Origin: the human T2T-CHM13v2.0 reference genome, Homo sapiens
Direction: 5' to 3' (one strand)
Length of the DNA stretch: 64,000 nt
Assembly: GCF_009914755.1 (NCBI RefSeq)
Contig: NC_060929.1
The position numbers and the translations under genes were made by a program. This document shows positions 1 to 14,204 of this stretch, piece by piece (position 1 is the first letter of the stretch; every line of letters starts with the position of its first letter). Under the pieces are notes generated by a model, which was not told the DNA's origin, ran no database searches, and worked only from the letters and a program-made list of their open reading frames with translations.

Positions 1-340
1 AATTTCCTTTCTTGTTAAGGCTGAGTAATACTCCATTGCATGTATATACCACAATTATGTTCATCCATTCATTGTCAATGGACACTTCGGTTGCTTTCAC
101 CTTTTGGCTATTGTGAATAATGCTGCTATGAACATTGGTGTACAAATATTTGTTTCAGTCCCTGCTTTTAATTCTTTTAGAAATATACCCGGAAGCAGAA
201 TTGCTTGATTATATGGTAATTCTGTTTTTTTTTTTTTTTTTTTTTTGAGGAACTACCATACTGTTTTTCATCACAACTTACAATTTTACATTCCTACCCG
301 CAATGTACAAGCGTTCAAACTTCTCTACAGCTTTGCAAAT
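1..340 (-). mobile_element. Old L1M LINE fragment (ORF2 3' region), antisense
   Basis: Typical antisense L1 text: ggctgagtaatactccattg...ttttggctattgtgaataatgctgctatgaacattggtgtaca. Confidence 0.85.
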
Positions 341-429
341 ATTTTCAGCTTTGCTTTTGAGATTTATCCATAACAATACAGGTAAATCTTTTACCTGCTG
401 TCCAATATTTTATCTTGAATATACCATAT

Positions 430-720
430 TTTATTATCCATTCCCTGAAGGCAGTATTTAGCTTATTTCTTCCTTGTTACTGTTACAATTGATGCCACAA
501 TGAACATTCCTTTATATCTTTTTGTGCACAGATATAAAAGTTTCTCTGGGCTACATACCTAGAAGTGAAATTTCTGAGTCACAGGGCATGTGTAATTCAA
601 ACCTTAATATTTATTGCCACTTTTTTTCACAGGGCTAATTCCCAAATTACACTCCCACCAGCAGAATATGAGAGTTCCTGTTACTCCACACCCTTGACAA
701 CAATTGCTAATGTCATAATT
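430..720 (-). mobile_element. Second, more decayed L1ME-type fragment
   Basis: Same L1 region as 1-340 but more diverged (atacctagaagtgaaatttctgagtca...ttacactcccaccagcag). Confidence 0.65.
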
Positions 721-1202
721 TGCATAGAATTTCTCTGTAGTTTTATATAAAGAGCAAGAGGACTTCTGCATCTGCTCAGTCTACAAGTTTACAATATTAT
801 TTCTCTGTTGGTGTGTTTTTGCTTTTATCTCTTTTCTGGCCTGCCTCTATTGCCCTCATCTCTATTTCCCTCTTCTCCTTTTGATACATACTTTTTCATG
901 ACCGTTAATCTTAATCTTGAAATTTTTCCCACTTGTGAAACTCTCCAAAACTGAGCCAACAATCACCTTCTTCACAAGAACTATAAAGTGAAATGACTTA
1001 AAGTCCTCAGGGAATTTTCTAAGTGGTTAGCTAGTATCTACATGTGTCCTAACCAGCAGAGTCAGCTGCTAAGCCATTCTTTGGCTAACTTCTGGGGAAA
1101 AGTTTGGGGGAATGAATGCATGAACTTCATTCATTCCCCCAAAGGGGAGTAGAAAAGGAGTGCCCAGCTATGACTGGCAGTATCACTTTATCTACAAATT
1201 CA

Positions 1203-1378
1203 AGGCTAGGGCTAGGATGAGGCAAATAACACATTCATCTCAGACATAAAATTGATGGAGACCCCAAAGCTCAGAAATCAAGAAAAATAATATTATAGTG
1301 GAATTTTTTAAATGAAAATTAATGCCAAAAATCCACGGTAAATAAAATATCAACATTTTAAATAAAGACAAGATCTGT
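1203..1378. mobile_element. hAT-type DNA transposon remnant (Tip100-like; subfamily uncertain)
   Basis: agggctaggatgaggc...aaaatatcaacattttaaataaagacaagatc resembles a recalled hAT MER end. Confidence 0.45.
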
Positions 1379-1959
1379 ATCATTATCATATCTCTATTGA
1401 TTGTAGCCGTTAAAGTTTAATCTAATAAATCCTTTCTTTATATTTTTTGACATGTTTAACAAAAGTCAATTAAGCCTCTCAAATAAAATTCATACACATG
1501 CCTCATTTTAAAAATTCAAAATGAAATAGCTTTATGAATTCTCTTGAATGTAAGAATGCCAAGGAGAAAAATTTGAACAGATTTTTAGTCAGCAAAATAA
1601 AGATGCACTTGGAGATTAGCATCACAGAAATGGTTTTCTCATTTGTCAACTTGAAATTAACATTAACAGCCATTTGTAAAACTTAGTGAACTTTATGAAG
1701 TACACATCAGTATTCTACAAAAGTCATAATTGTAATGCAGATTTTCTACAATCACAGGAAAGATAGTCCTCACTGTCCAAGAGAAGTGTATTAGTTTGCT
1801 TGGGCTGCCATAACAAAACACCACACTGGATGGTTTACACAATTGAGATTGATTTTCCTATGGTCCTGGAGGCTGTAATTCTAAGATCAAGTTGCTGGCA
1901 GACTGGTTTCCTTTGAGGCCTCTCTTCTCACCCTCTTGCACCTCTTTGTATGACTTCTG

Positions 1960-3392
1960 TGATGTAAGACAGGGATGATACAGGGTGGTCACAGGAGGAC
2001 AGAAAACTCCAGGCAGAAATTTCATATGACTAGCAAAAGGAAACTGTTGAAATATGTGCATAATCTAGAGGCCAATAAGATCCTGAAAACCAGGGTGTGG
2101 ACCAGGCTGGCTAAATCCGACTAGACCCAAGGTGGTACTGGATTTGACCCAGGTTTCACCTAGGACCTCATTATACCATCATTAGCACATTAAACACACA
2201 TCCACCAGCACCATGACGGTTCCCGGAATACCCATGTTTGCTATAAACATGGGTGTCACCACAGTTCCCAAAAATCTCCATTTGTTCCCAGGAATCTTCA
2301 TGAGTATTTCACCACTTGATCAAAGAAACCCACAAAGACAAACCCCAAACCCAGTGTGTGACTCTCTCCCGTATGCCCGCATTCTCCTTTCTTGATTGTG
2401 TATATGTACTTTTCCCTTTGCAATAAATCTCTGTACTTTCACTATTTTCCAACTCATCCTTGAATTTCTTCTTGTGACAGTGTCAACAGCCTGGACACCA
2501 GCCGGGGTCAAGATCCCACTGACAGGGACAGGAAGCAGGGAAATTCTGGGCAGAAGAGGGCGGGTCCCTGGAGAGGGCCCCACCCTCAAGCCTGGAACCA
2601 TGGCCCAAAGCAAGAACTTACATCCCTGTTTCCCTGCTCCAATGTTGCCTTTTCCAAAACCACCCATGGCCTGCCCCACCCCCGATCTTGTGCCCATAAG
2701 AACCCAGGATCATCCAGCAGGGAGCAGGAGAAGCAGCTGGACATCAGAGACTACAATTGGACGTCAGAGAAAAGCGTTTTGACTTAGAGGGACAGCTTGA
2801 TGGCATAGCTTTGGAGAGGAGTCCGGCCAGGAACAGCTGAACTTCATGGGAAGATTACGTTCCCTCCATGTCCTCTTTTCAGCTCCCCTTCCCACTGAAA
2901 GCCACTTTCATTGGTAATAAATTCCCCCACATTTACCATCTTCAATTTGTTCATTGGACCTCATTCCTCCTGGATGCCAGACAAGAACTCAAGTGTGAGT
3001 GCAAATGGCTATCACACTGACCCTCCACTGAGCTGTTAACACTTAAGCTGTCCAAGGACAGCAAAGCTGAAAGAACACTATAACACTCTTTCTGGGGCTT
3101 CAGGGGTCAAGGGCACCCCCCCAGGCACTGCCACAGGGTCTGCATGGAGTTTTACTCCTGCCAGCGCCCGAAAGCACTCACCCGTCTCCTGCACTGGCTC
3201 ACCTGAGTGCTCCCCGCCGGCCATGACGGGTGAAGCACAGCAGGTTAGAGTAAGTGGAATTCATCCCTGCTGGCGCTGAAGTGGCCAGCTAGTTTCAGCA
3301 CTCCTGCACTCCAGTTCCTGCCCAAGAAGGGATCAGGGAAATATCCTACTTCACTACCAGCATTTGGGACCTCCCCTAGCCCACTAGTATCA
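1960..3392 (+). mobile_element. ERV1 solo LTR (MER66/MER41-like), interrupted at 2520-3353
   Basis: TG...CA termini, ccaccagcaccatgac motif, aataaa at ~2422. Short tail 3354-3392 resumes after the inner LTR. Confidence 0.7.
2520..3353 (+). mobile_element. ERV1 solo LTR, LTR1-family-like
   Basis: Starts tgacagggacaggaagcagggaaattctgggcagaagagggcgggtccc, ends ttca. Flanking 4-bp TSD ccac/ctac. Confidence 0.8.
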
Positions 3393-5654
3393 CATGTGCA
3401 TCCCTGGATCTCTGTAAGTCCAAATTTTCTCCTCTTTTAAAAACACTAGTCAAATTGGATTAAACCCTACCTTAACAGCCTCACTTTAACTGAATTACCC
3501 CTCTAGAGGTCTCATCCCCAAATACAGTCACATTCCTGAGGTACTAGAGGTTAGGGCTTCAATACATGTATTTGAGGATTTGGGGCACAATTCAGCTGAG
3601 GGTTAGGGGGAAATTAAATGTTTGCTAGCAAGGAGGTTTTATCCCCTGACAACTGATCTAGGGCTAAGAGAGGAAGCCAGGCTCTGTTCTAAAACAGAAA
3701 TGTCCTCAATTGTTCAACCTATCTGGATGTCAGTAACACACAGCAAACCCTTATTCAAACTGGATAGATAGAAGCTGTGAAAACTCCAAAGTCCTTTGGA
3801 GCCACCACTATGATCTTATCCAGTTCCTTGAGTAACCCATGAACACTACTGAATAGCATCAAGGTGTAAGACAAGATCACCAAAGACAAATTCATACAAT
3901 CCAGCCACTCTACCAAACAGTGAAGTGATACTTACAACATCACAACTCCACTGCAAAGAATGGGGTCAGCGGGATACTCTGGCAGCTGGAGTGAAGTGAT
4001 CACAGCAGTGAACTAGAACCATAGCCTCGAGCAATGCAGCCCGTTTGTAAATGGCTGGGGAATCCCAGTGTCTAACAGTTCAGCTTCCTCTTTCTATATA
4101 AAAATATTCTTTTTGAGGAAAAGTTTGATACTTTTTGTGAGTCTAGGAGTTAGCGTCAGAATTGCCAATGGACCTTTCAGCTAGCAAACCGAATTACCAC
4201 AAAAAAATTTGTACTCCTCTTTATTTAGGGAGTGATGCCTGGGGGGGAAAAAAAGAACAATATTTAAATGGCTTTCCAAGTTTCCCAAATCTAACAGAAT
4301 AAGTAGTTATTTCAGGGTTCTAATTCCTCTGGTCATCTTGAAAAAGCCATGGAACATTTACATTCGTGTACAAATTCTTACACTTGGAAAATAAGGGCCC
4401 CAACATCAGAGAAAATGAAGTGTGTAGGTGGACTGCTCATTTATAAACTTCTTAGATGCCTCAGAAGAAAAGGATTATATAAATCTGAAATACTTATGAC
4501 AGCTTCCTTTAAATGGTGATACATTTCGGAAAAGCAAATGCGAAGGTTCATGTTAATGAAAAAACACTGTCTACTACGTCATGTTTGCCTCCTGTAAAGT
4601 ACCAGAATCTCAAAGTCCAAGTTTATGGTGTTTGAACTTAGATTTTGCTTGTGGGAGGGAAGTTGATTGATTGCTATTTCTAAAACAATGCTATTTCTGC
4701 TTTATTCAGTGTCTGACATCTTAATAAATGTGAACATGGCCTAACAGGCTGCAAATCCCTTCTAATGCCAGCATTCAGGGGATCTAAGTTATAGAAAACT
4801 GTTTTTCTTATTATCATTTCTCCTTAATGCTTAAAAAAATAAAAAATCCCTGGAACAATACTCCCTACTCATCTCACCTACTTGTTAATCGGTTAGAGAA
4901 AGCATATTGTGGAAAGCATATTGTAATGAGTGAATAGCTGTTTTAAAAGAAGAATCGGGGGAAAAAAGGCATGACATTGAACAGTACAAATGATCCAGAC
5001 TTTTGCTCTACCAAACCTCGGGGCAATGTCTTTTCAATGTCATTCTTTAGAAAAAGTCTTTGAGACCATGAGTATCTTTTTAAACAGGGTAGTCCGGGGG
5101 GAAAAAAAAAAGAAAGAAAGAAAAGGAGAAAAAAAGAAGGAAGGAAAAGAAAGGAAAAAATAGGATAGAAATTTTTAAAAAGCTTTTTTTCTTAAAGCAA
5201 ACAGCTAAGTGATTTGCTGCATGCTTACCATGAATAATAACAAGCAGACTGGTGCTGCGTTCCTCTTTTTAATTAGCACATTGCCGTCTGCGGTGGCACC
5301 CTGTCTTATGACAGGGCACCTAGCGTGCCCCACTTCAAGCGCTGCACAAAACAAGACGGGCAAAGAAGGCCCAGTGAGTAGTCTTGGGGAAGATATAGAA
5401 AGCTTCCATTTCCCACCCCCCTCCCGCCCCTCCGACCCCAACGAAGTTTTCACCAGAGTCTGAGAAATCGTTCTGGCTAGTTTTGTTTTGTTTTGTTTTT
5501 GTTTTGCCTTGTCTTGCTTACAGAACACTGTAGAAATCCAGAAATACATGAAGCTATCTTCCTTGAATAAATTACTTATTTGCTTCTTTAGTACTAAATT
5601 ACTTCTTTAGTTCTATAGTTCCAAGTATAGAACTAAATACCTGAAAGCATTTTA

Positions 5655-6260
<606 letters not shown>

Positions 6261-9200
6261 TCACACTATCAAGATCAGAGGTGAGACAAAGCCCTGACAC
6301 AATCTGCACTCAATAAAACAGTGTTCAAATTTTAACACAAGCACTTCTGACCCTAAAACAACAATGGAGATTGTTAAAGACCTCTGTTCTGGCATCCTTA
6401 TTTTTGGAAAAGATTTAATAGTCTGAAAGCAACCTTCAAAGTAGCAGAGGCACGAGAGTAATTCTGATAACTTTGGATAAATGTATAATCTCTTGCAAGG
6501 GGAACTTCAAGGGCAATATGTCAGAAAAAAAAAAAAAAAAAGAAGAACAGTTGGGAAAATGAAAACCAGTCTTAAAAATCATACTTTTATCTGTAATTAA
6601 AAAGCATTTACAACATCTCTGTCAGCAAACCCTGAAATGCAAGTTAAAATATCAAGCAGCTCCTATGTTGCTGTATGAATCTGTTTGCACGCACATACAT
6701 ATATCTAGTACAGAATGTTAATTCATTTTCCATCACCAGGAATGTTGGGCATGCTGACACAGCGAAGTGAGGTAATCTCAAATTGTTCCAGGATTTGATT
6801 TTCATGTGAGTGCAGCCTACAGCTGCATTTGATAGTGCAGCACATTGATATGACACCTTTTCTACAAGGTCTTTGGTGGAATACATCTGCTGAACAGAAC
6901 AGAAACAAAATATGTGCCTTGACTCAAACTTGTGACAGAGAGCTATCAAAGTGGAAACCTGCTCGAATCCATTTGCATAATATGCAGATGAAAATCTAAT
7001 GAGAAAGGTATATTGACAGACGTTGCCTTGTTATCTGGCAATGCTGTGCATAACAGCATGTGGTACCTAGACATAATCTCCTGTAATGTTATTTTGCAAT
7101 TTAAATGTTTTTTTCCTCCTCCAAAAGAAGACACACATCAATAAGTGCCAGGCATCAATAACTGACATTTGAGATAAGATAAACCACACCAACTCATTCA
7201 AACAGAATCAGCCGAGTTTATTTTGGGACACAGGTCTCTACATTATGTGCTGCTGGCTGAAGAAGAGGGAAGAGAGGCAGCCCCAAATGCTCACTGATGC
7301 CTCATTTTTACTTGTGTTCTGATGGCTGCTCATTCAGCCCTGGTCCCAGTTCTGAGTATATTTCAAGGAACATTACTGAGAACAAAATCGAAGGCCATCA
7401 ATATTAATGATCTGAACCAGGAAGATAGCTTTTAGTGTGCAAATTAATTACCCTAATCACAGGGTTTTTTGTATCCATTTTAATGAAATAACTATTTATT
7501 TCATTGAATCCCATGCTTTTCTTTTGCAAATAAGGCACATTTACATGATAAATACATGAAATTTAAAAGGATGACTAAATTAAATTGAGGAAAAAAGACC
7601 TTTTTAAATACAATTTTCTTAGGAAAAACAGCTAGATTAATGGGTTGGTTAGCTGACTGGCATCTGTGATTAAATCTTTTTTAATGTACATCAAATAGAA
7701 TTTAATGGACCTTGAGAAATGTCTACACAGTCAGTAATATTGAGGGGCTGTAGAAGATTCCAGTTGTCTCCTGTCATTTGTTGGTGAACTCCTGAGTCCT
7801 TGGCCTTGGGACTCTGACACAGGCTTTCACACTTTTGGCCTCTGCTTTTTCACTGGGTCCTCTTTCTCTTTCCTTTGACCTTACTCTTTCCTTTAGACCA
7901 GGTTGTCTTCTTGAGCAATGTAATCAATGCATTCATTTTCCAGAATGCAGGCCAAAAAATAACTACATTATCAATGAAAGCATTAAGAGTTTAAATATGC
8001 CTCATATTTAATCATCTAATTCACATTTGTTTCAAACTGTGCTGGCTTTGTTAACTTTAGACCAAGAGTGATAGGAGGAGAGGGAAGGAGGAAGGAAAGG
8101 AGAGAGAGGGAGAGAGAGAGATGCTTAATTCAGAGGAATTTTCAATGAATCTTTTAGAGTCTATGGGTTTTGAAAACTTTTATTTATTGTGGGTAAGCTT
8201 TGAAGGGCTGCAAATTCAACAGAAGAGAGATTTGAAACACATTCCAGCTCATTTTTTTTTTTATAACAGACCCAAAGAACAGAGCATCTTTATCTGCTTG
8301 CTCCCCCACAACCCCCCACCACCCTTCCCCCGCCCGCCCGCCACCAGAGATATCTCCCTCTCCCTTTGATTTGGAATGATCAATTGCAGCTGCAGCAGCC
8401 GGGCAGGCGGCCCCAGGCACCAAGAACATGAGCCTTTTCCCTGCACATTAAGATTTACATTTCAATGGATGCCACCATTTTAAAGATAATTATAACCTTT
8501 TTAGATTAATAATTTTCTGTGGCTTCTCTAATGTTTTAACAACGTAAATATTAATTTTGCTGGTTTAAGAGGAAATGTTTCTCTCTCTCCCCTCCCCCCT
8601 CCTCTCTATAACTTGCAGAGTGCGGAACAAGGGTTTCCACCCAAATCTTTCCGGGGCAGGGTGTAGTGGGAAGATAGGATGTTGAACTAACAGATATGAT
8701 TCAAGTATCTTGGCCCTAACCTGGCCCAGCTCTTATAATTTCAGTGTATTTCAACTATGAAAGACTGAAAGCAGTTATAGGGGGCAAAAGACAATGAAGC
8801 TACTTTCTGCATAGACGACGTTTAGAAAGTCAGAATTTTTAAAAAGTAAATTGTTTTCAGTTTTATCCAACCTAGAAAGTCAACCCGCAAGACCTGGCAG
8901 ATGGGATTCACATTTCTTCGATCATATTCCAAGTGCGGTGGGAGATCTCACAAAGATGAAGCTGTCTTGATGAACTCAATAGTCTTGAAAAGAGAAAAAA
9001 GGAAACTGCCCACAAAAGATATTGAGACTATGAAGAGGCTTATATTTCACTGTTACTGCAAACTTCCTTTCTGCTTATTATCATTCCAACACTTTATTTC
9101 CCAGCAGCTGATGCAGCTGGGAAAAACATCACATTGCACAAACAGATGTCGACTCACTTAAATTGCCTGACCATGCTCCATGGACTGTGATCTATTTTTT

Positions 9201-10174
9201 GCTGCCCCACAAGTATTGAGTATGTTGTAGACATGGGGACATGGCTTTTTTCCCCCTTCTTTTTACACTCATTAGGTTGCTACAAATATTCTCTTAAGGG
9301 CTTATATTCTCCTTATATCACTAGGCATCATTCAAACAATTTACATCAGGCAAATAAAATCAGAGGAACATGTTTCCCATATCCACTGATAACTGAGAGG
9401 AATCATGTATATTAAGAAGAAAATTGATAATAGTGCTGGTCAGATGTTACAAGCAGGTCATTCGGTTGCTCTCCTTGATAAAGTGCAGAGCTACAATAAT
9501 TGCCCTGAGATCTCTTTATGGACAAGACCTTTATTTCCTAGGCACCAAAGCCATGGGATTGAGCATTGCTTGCAAGTGACTTGGGGAATAAAACTGCTCA
9601 TGAAATATGCATGACTAACACATAGGCTGCCAGGGGAACTGAGTGTATTATGTATGACCCTGCTGTAATTGTAAGGAAATGATATTCATTTAAGTGGATG
9701 TTTATCACAGTTAAAGGTGCACCTAATGAAACAAAGGTCATAAGCCTAAAAACACAAGGTTATAGCCCTTTTATCGCACCACTTCTCTCTCTGTTTGAAA
9801 AGACCTGGCCTTTATTCACAGCTGTTTTTCTAACACCTGTGTGCTCTGTTTATGCAGCCTTAAAGAGTTCCTGTCACCCATATTTAAATGCCAAAAGGAC
9901 TATTATATTAAATGTTCTTCTAAGATTATTTCCACACATCTGGGAAATATCAGACAGCATGCTGCAATATATATCAATTCAGGCTAGAGTTTTTAGCTAC
10001 CGATATTTGGTTAGCTGAGGAGTATCCCTTCCTCCCACCACCAGCCACATTTCTCTCTATGGGAAATGTCTAACACTACATTAAGTGAGAACTGGCTTTC
10101 ATTCTGAGATCAACAATGATGTGATGTGAACCTTCTGGAGTAGACCAAACTCTGAGACAAAATGGAGGTAGCTT

Positions 10175-10420
10175 TACAGAGTGGATAAAAACCACTATTC
10201 AGGAGCCAAACTCCTAAGAGTGGAATCCAGCTCCACTCTTCACCAGTTGTGTGACCTTGGGCAAGTGACATAACTGCTTTGTGCTTCTGAACAGAATCTT
10301 AATCTATAAAATGGAGCCCATACATAGTTGTGACCTCACAATGTTGTTACGAGGATAAATGAGTTAATATTTTAAAAGAGCTTAGAACAGTTCCTGGTAC
10401 ATAGTAAGTGCTACCGGTTT
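10175..10420 (+). mobile_element. MIR SINE
   Basis: tgtgtgaccttgggcaagt core; ttagaacagttcctggtacatagtaagtgct 3' end. Confidence 0.85.
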
Positions 10421-10562
10421 GTTAAGTTAATAAAATACACAGTTTGTATGGTTGGCTTGTTTTGCTGTTCCCCTCCTCCATGTACCCCTGCAATCCTTTT
10501 GTCATTTCCTTTTGTACCCAGTGAACTTCCTAGTGCCCATGTTCACCTTTAGGCTTCAGTTG

Positions 10563-11065
10563 TGTTTTAGTCTGCTTGGGTTGTTCCAACAAAGTACCAT
10601 AGACTATGTGGCTTATAAAGAGCAGAAATATCTTTCCCACAGCCTGGAGAAACCTGAGTTAGGGTATAAGCATGGCCAGGTTTTGGTAAGGGCCCACTTC
10701 CCAGGTGCAAAGAGCTCACTTCTCACTGTGCCTCCTCACATGGCAGAAGAAACAAAGGAACTCTCGCAGGTCTCTTTTAAAAGAGCAGTGGTCTGGGTGT
10801 GGTGGTGCACCTGCAGTCCCTGCTACTCAGGAGGCCGAGGCAGGAGAATTGCTTGAACCCTGGAGGCTGAGGTTTAAGTGAGCCAAGATCACACCACTGC
10901 CCTCCAGGCTGGGTGACAGAATAAGACTTCGTCTCAGAAAAAAAAAGAAAGAAAGAAAGAAAAAGAGCACTGGTCCCAAAGGCCCCACCTCTGGATATCA
11001 TCACATTGTGGGTTAGGAATTGAACATATGAATTTGCGGGTGACACAAACATTCAGACCATAGTG
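10563..11065 (-). mobile_element. MLT1A-like MaLR LTR interrupted by an Alu monomer
   Basis: tgttttagtctgcttgggttg...gacacaaacattcagaccatag. Confidence 0.8.
10794..10960 (+). mobile_element. Alu right arm only (5'-truncated)
   Basis: TSD aaaagagcagtggtc (10779-10793) / aaaagagcactggtc (10961-10975). Confidence 0.9.
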
Positions 11066-11774
11066 GTGCAGCTTGTACCACATCTCACCAGTAACCACAA
11101 CTTCCAGCCAAGGCAAACTGCGTGCAGTAACATGCCTTGGCGAGGGCAGCAGCAACCCATCCGATGGAGGCTCGTTCACTTACAAACAATAAGCACCTGA
11201 GGACTTTCCCAGTCTTGCTGACATTTGCCTAGTAAGTTCACAGAATATTGGGAAATGGGGGAAAATCACGCTAGAAAAACACACAGGAGAGAAAACCACA
11301 GGAGTCTTCATGAGCTGAATCCAAATTAATAGTGACTCTTCTAATTACCTTAATGTCATTTTGTTTTGCTTCAGGAGGTAAGGCAGAAAAATAGAACAGA
11401 GACGCCACCTTATACAGGGAGCATATATTAGCTCTGGAGAGTTTTACAGATTTCATAATGCTTTCATTCATCATTTCCTTCTGATCTCAAAATTACCATT
11501 TGTGATGGATAGGACAGTTTTCACCATACCCAGAAGGTTTTAGATAACTTATAAACTCCTGACCTTTCCCTTCCAAAATGTAACTTCTTAGGATAACCAA
11601 AGTTGTCTGACATAAGATAAAATAGAAGCAGTAAAGTCAGTGAGAAGAATTGGATTTTATAAAAACCATTAGACTGGTAACCATAAAATAACTTCCCTGC
11701 AAAAAAAAAAAAAAAAAAAAAAAATCACAAACTTTGTTTTCTTAGCTTTTAAAGAAAAATCACTGTGATGCAAT

Positions 11775-12015
11775 CGCATGTAGCAAAGGAGTTGTGAAGC
11801 TGACATGGCTGTGTTTGAATCCCAGCTCTGGTGCTTACTATCTGTGTGACCTAGGGGAAGTTACTTCACCTCTCTGTGGCCTCAGTTTCATCTGCTGTAC
11901 AGGGATTAAAAAGCCCATAGCGTTGCTAGGTTTCTTAGCAAGAGAATACATGTGAGTTTAGAACAATGTCTGGAATGTAATAAGTACCCTGTTGTAAGCT
12001 ATTTTATTATTACTG
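11775..12015 (+). mobile_element. MIR SINE
   Basis: ttgaatcccagctctg...tgtgtgacctaggggaagttacttcacctctctgtggcctcagttt. Confidence 0.85.
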
Positions 12016-12084
12016 TTAGAATAAAAATCAGCATTTAAGAAAAGTTTTTGGCATTTCATGCTCAGAGGCATTTGTCTGCAACAC

Positions 12085-12580
12085 TTTTTGATAGTTTAAA
12101 AACATGCATTCAAATTCTTTGACACTCCATCCTTCAAAAGGTAAAATTCACTTCTCACCTTGAATGTGGGCTGTACTTAGTGGCTCATTCCTAATAATTA
12201 GAATGTAGTGGAAGTGATAGTGTGTGAATTTCAAGCCTAGGTCATTCAAAGCATTTCCATTCTTGACATGATTTGTCTTGGATCACTAGCTCTGGGAGGA
12301 AGCTAGCTGCCATGTTGTGAGGACACTCAAGCAGCCCTCTGGAGAGGACATGGGAATGAGTCATCATGGGAGGAGACTTTGGCTGCAGTCAAGCTTCCAG
12401 ATCATTTCAGCCTTCAGCCCTTGAACTTTTCAGAGAAGGCACCAGACAGGTAGAGTAGATATAAGCCACACCTACTGTGCCGTACCAGAATTCTCAACTC
12501 GTTTAAAATGATGAGATAATAAATCGTTGTTTTAAGCCACTAAGGTTTTGGGCAATGTATTATACAGCAATAGGTAACAT
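12085..12580 (+). mobile_element. MLT1 (G/H-like) MaLR LTR
   Basis: agctgccatgttgtgaggacactcaagcagccc; aataaatcgttgttttaagccactaag...tacagcaataggtaac 3' end. Confidence 0.75.
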
Positions 12581-12809
12581 CCTTCAATGTAGAGGTGGGA
12601 GTTTCACTTGCCATGCTGAAGACATGTATAGATAGGGATGAGTAGTGAGGCAAGGTTTTAGAGATCTAAATGAGCATAGACTACAGTGCAAATTAGCGAA
12701 CCTTTTGAACATCCTTGATTATACTTCACTTTTGTGTTATCTATTAACATAGGATCTTTTTTTTCATACCTAAGTAAAATAATTCTGTATCATATGTAGT
12801 ACTTACTTC

Positions 12810-12908
12810 TAGGATGACCAATCACCTAGTCAGTCTAGGACTGTCTTTGATTTAGCAAATGAAATTTATATGTCCCAGGAAACTCTTCAGTCCTTGGCCA
12901 ACCAGAAT
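12810..12908. mobile_element. hAT-Blackjack MITE remnant (MER81/MER94-like)
   Basis: taggatgaccaatca... start and gtcccaggaaactcttcagtcc internal motif. Confidence 0.45.
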
Positions 12909-12980
12909 CTAATCACTTTAGATTAGATAATTATAAATATCTCATATGAGCTAGTCCTATAGGTAAAGAAAAGACATTTG

Positions 12981-13302
<322 letters not shown>

Positions 13303-14204
13303 TCAATACATGCTTTTAGAGGAAGGAGAGACATCCCAAATAGTCCCCACCTCATCATATTTCTCCACACTTCTCTGAATCTTGTCATACTACTGCTGAG
13401 CCCTTCATATGGAGAGGAAAGATGGCATAGAAGGAGAAGAGATCACTGCCACTTAGCCTTCAGCTCTTTAAGGCTCATGGGATCTAGAGGTGCAGGGTAG
13501 ACAGTGATGATTGTTGTCAGGAGGTGTGAAGGTGTCAGGAAGTAGAAAGCAGGGTTCTAGGGGAAGCTCTGCAAGCCTTAGTGGCAATTGAGTATGGACA
13601 GAGAATGCTCAAATCAACTTTCCTCCCCTCTGCCCTTTGGCTATCGTCTGTTTTATTTCATGATTTAGAAGTTTGTAAGGGGTGTAGTTTATTGTTTAAA
13701 AATACTTTCAAGTTCTGGAAAAGATAATGGGATGGATTCTCATCTATAAGTAGAACAAAGAACCAAGAATTCAGCTGCAAGCACACCCTTTTTCCTGCCT
13801 GTCAATAACCAAAATAGCATATAACTGTGTATTTCTTGTGAAACTATCATGTGGGCAGGAGAGAACTAGATAGAGCATTTATTGCTCAGGGTTATATGAT
13901 GCAGAGACTAGGTCATACCAGTCTAACAAATTTCACCTGCTTAATTCCATGGTGGACACATGAGAATAGCGTAACTTGTTCAAAAGGAAATGTACCTGAG
14001 TTATGAACAAAGGAATTTATAAGTCAATTAATAGCTTTAACAAGGGAAATGTTAGCTGACACAATAGAATAGCATTTGCATCCAAACAATATGGGTAAAT
14101 TATAAATTTATCTTTTTGTTAAAGCACTCTTTTTTCTTCATCTGTCAGAAGGGTTACTCTAATTTTAAAAATACTGCTAATAGTCATATTCAACATGTAA
14201 TGAG

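Larger units (their letters stand above)
1787..3596 (-). mobile_element. MLT1 MaLR solo LTR split into 1787-1957 and 3393-3596 by nested LTRs
   Basis: Starts tgtattagtttgcttgggctgccataacaaaa. Resumes with the MLT1 end aaatacagtcacattc...ggcacaattcagc. Confidence 0.8.

Noticed and set aside
2230-2254. 10-bp-arm hairpin acccatgttt/aaacatgggt
   Set aside because: Lies inside an LTR and is probably largely inherited from the element consensus.
4898-4924. 13-bp tandem duplication gaaagcatattgt (similar 15-bp case at 19126-19155)
   Set aside because: Common slippage duplications with no further structure.
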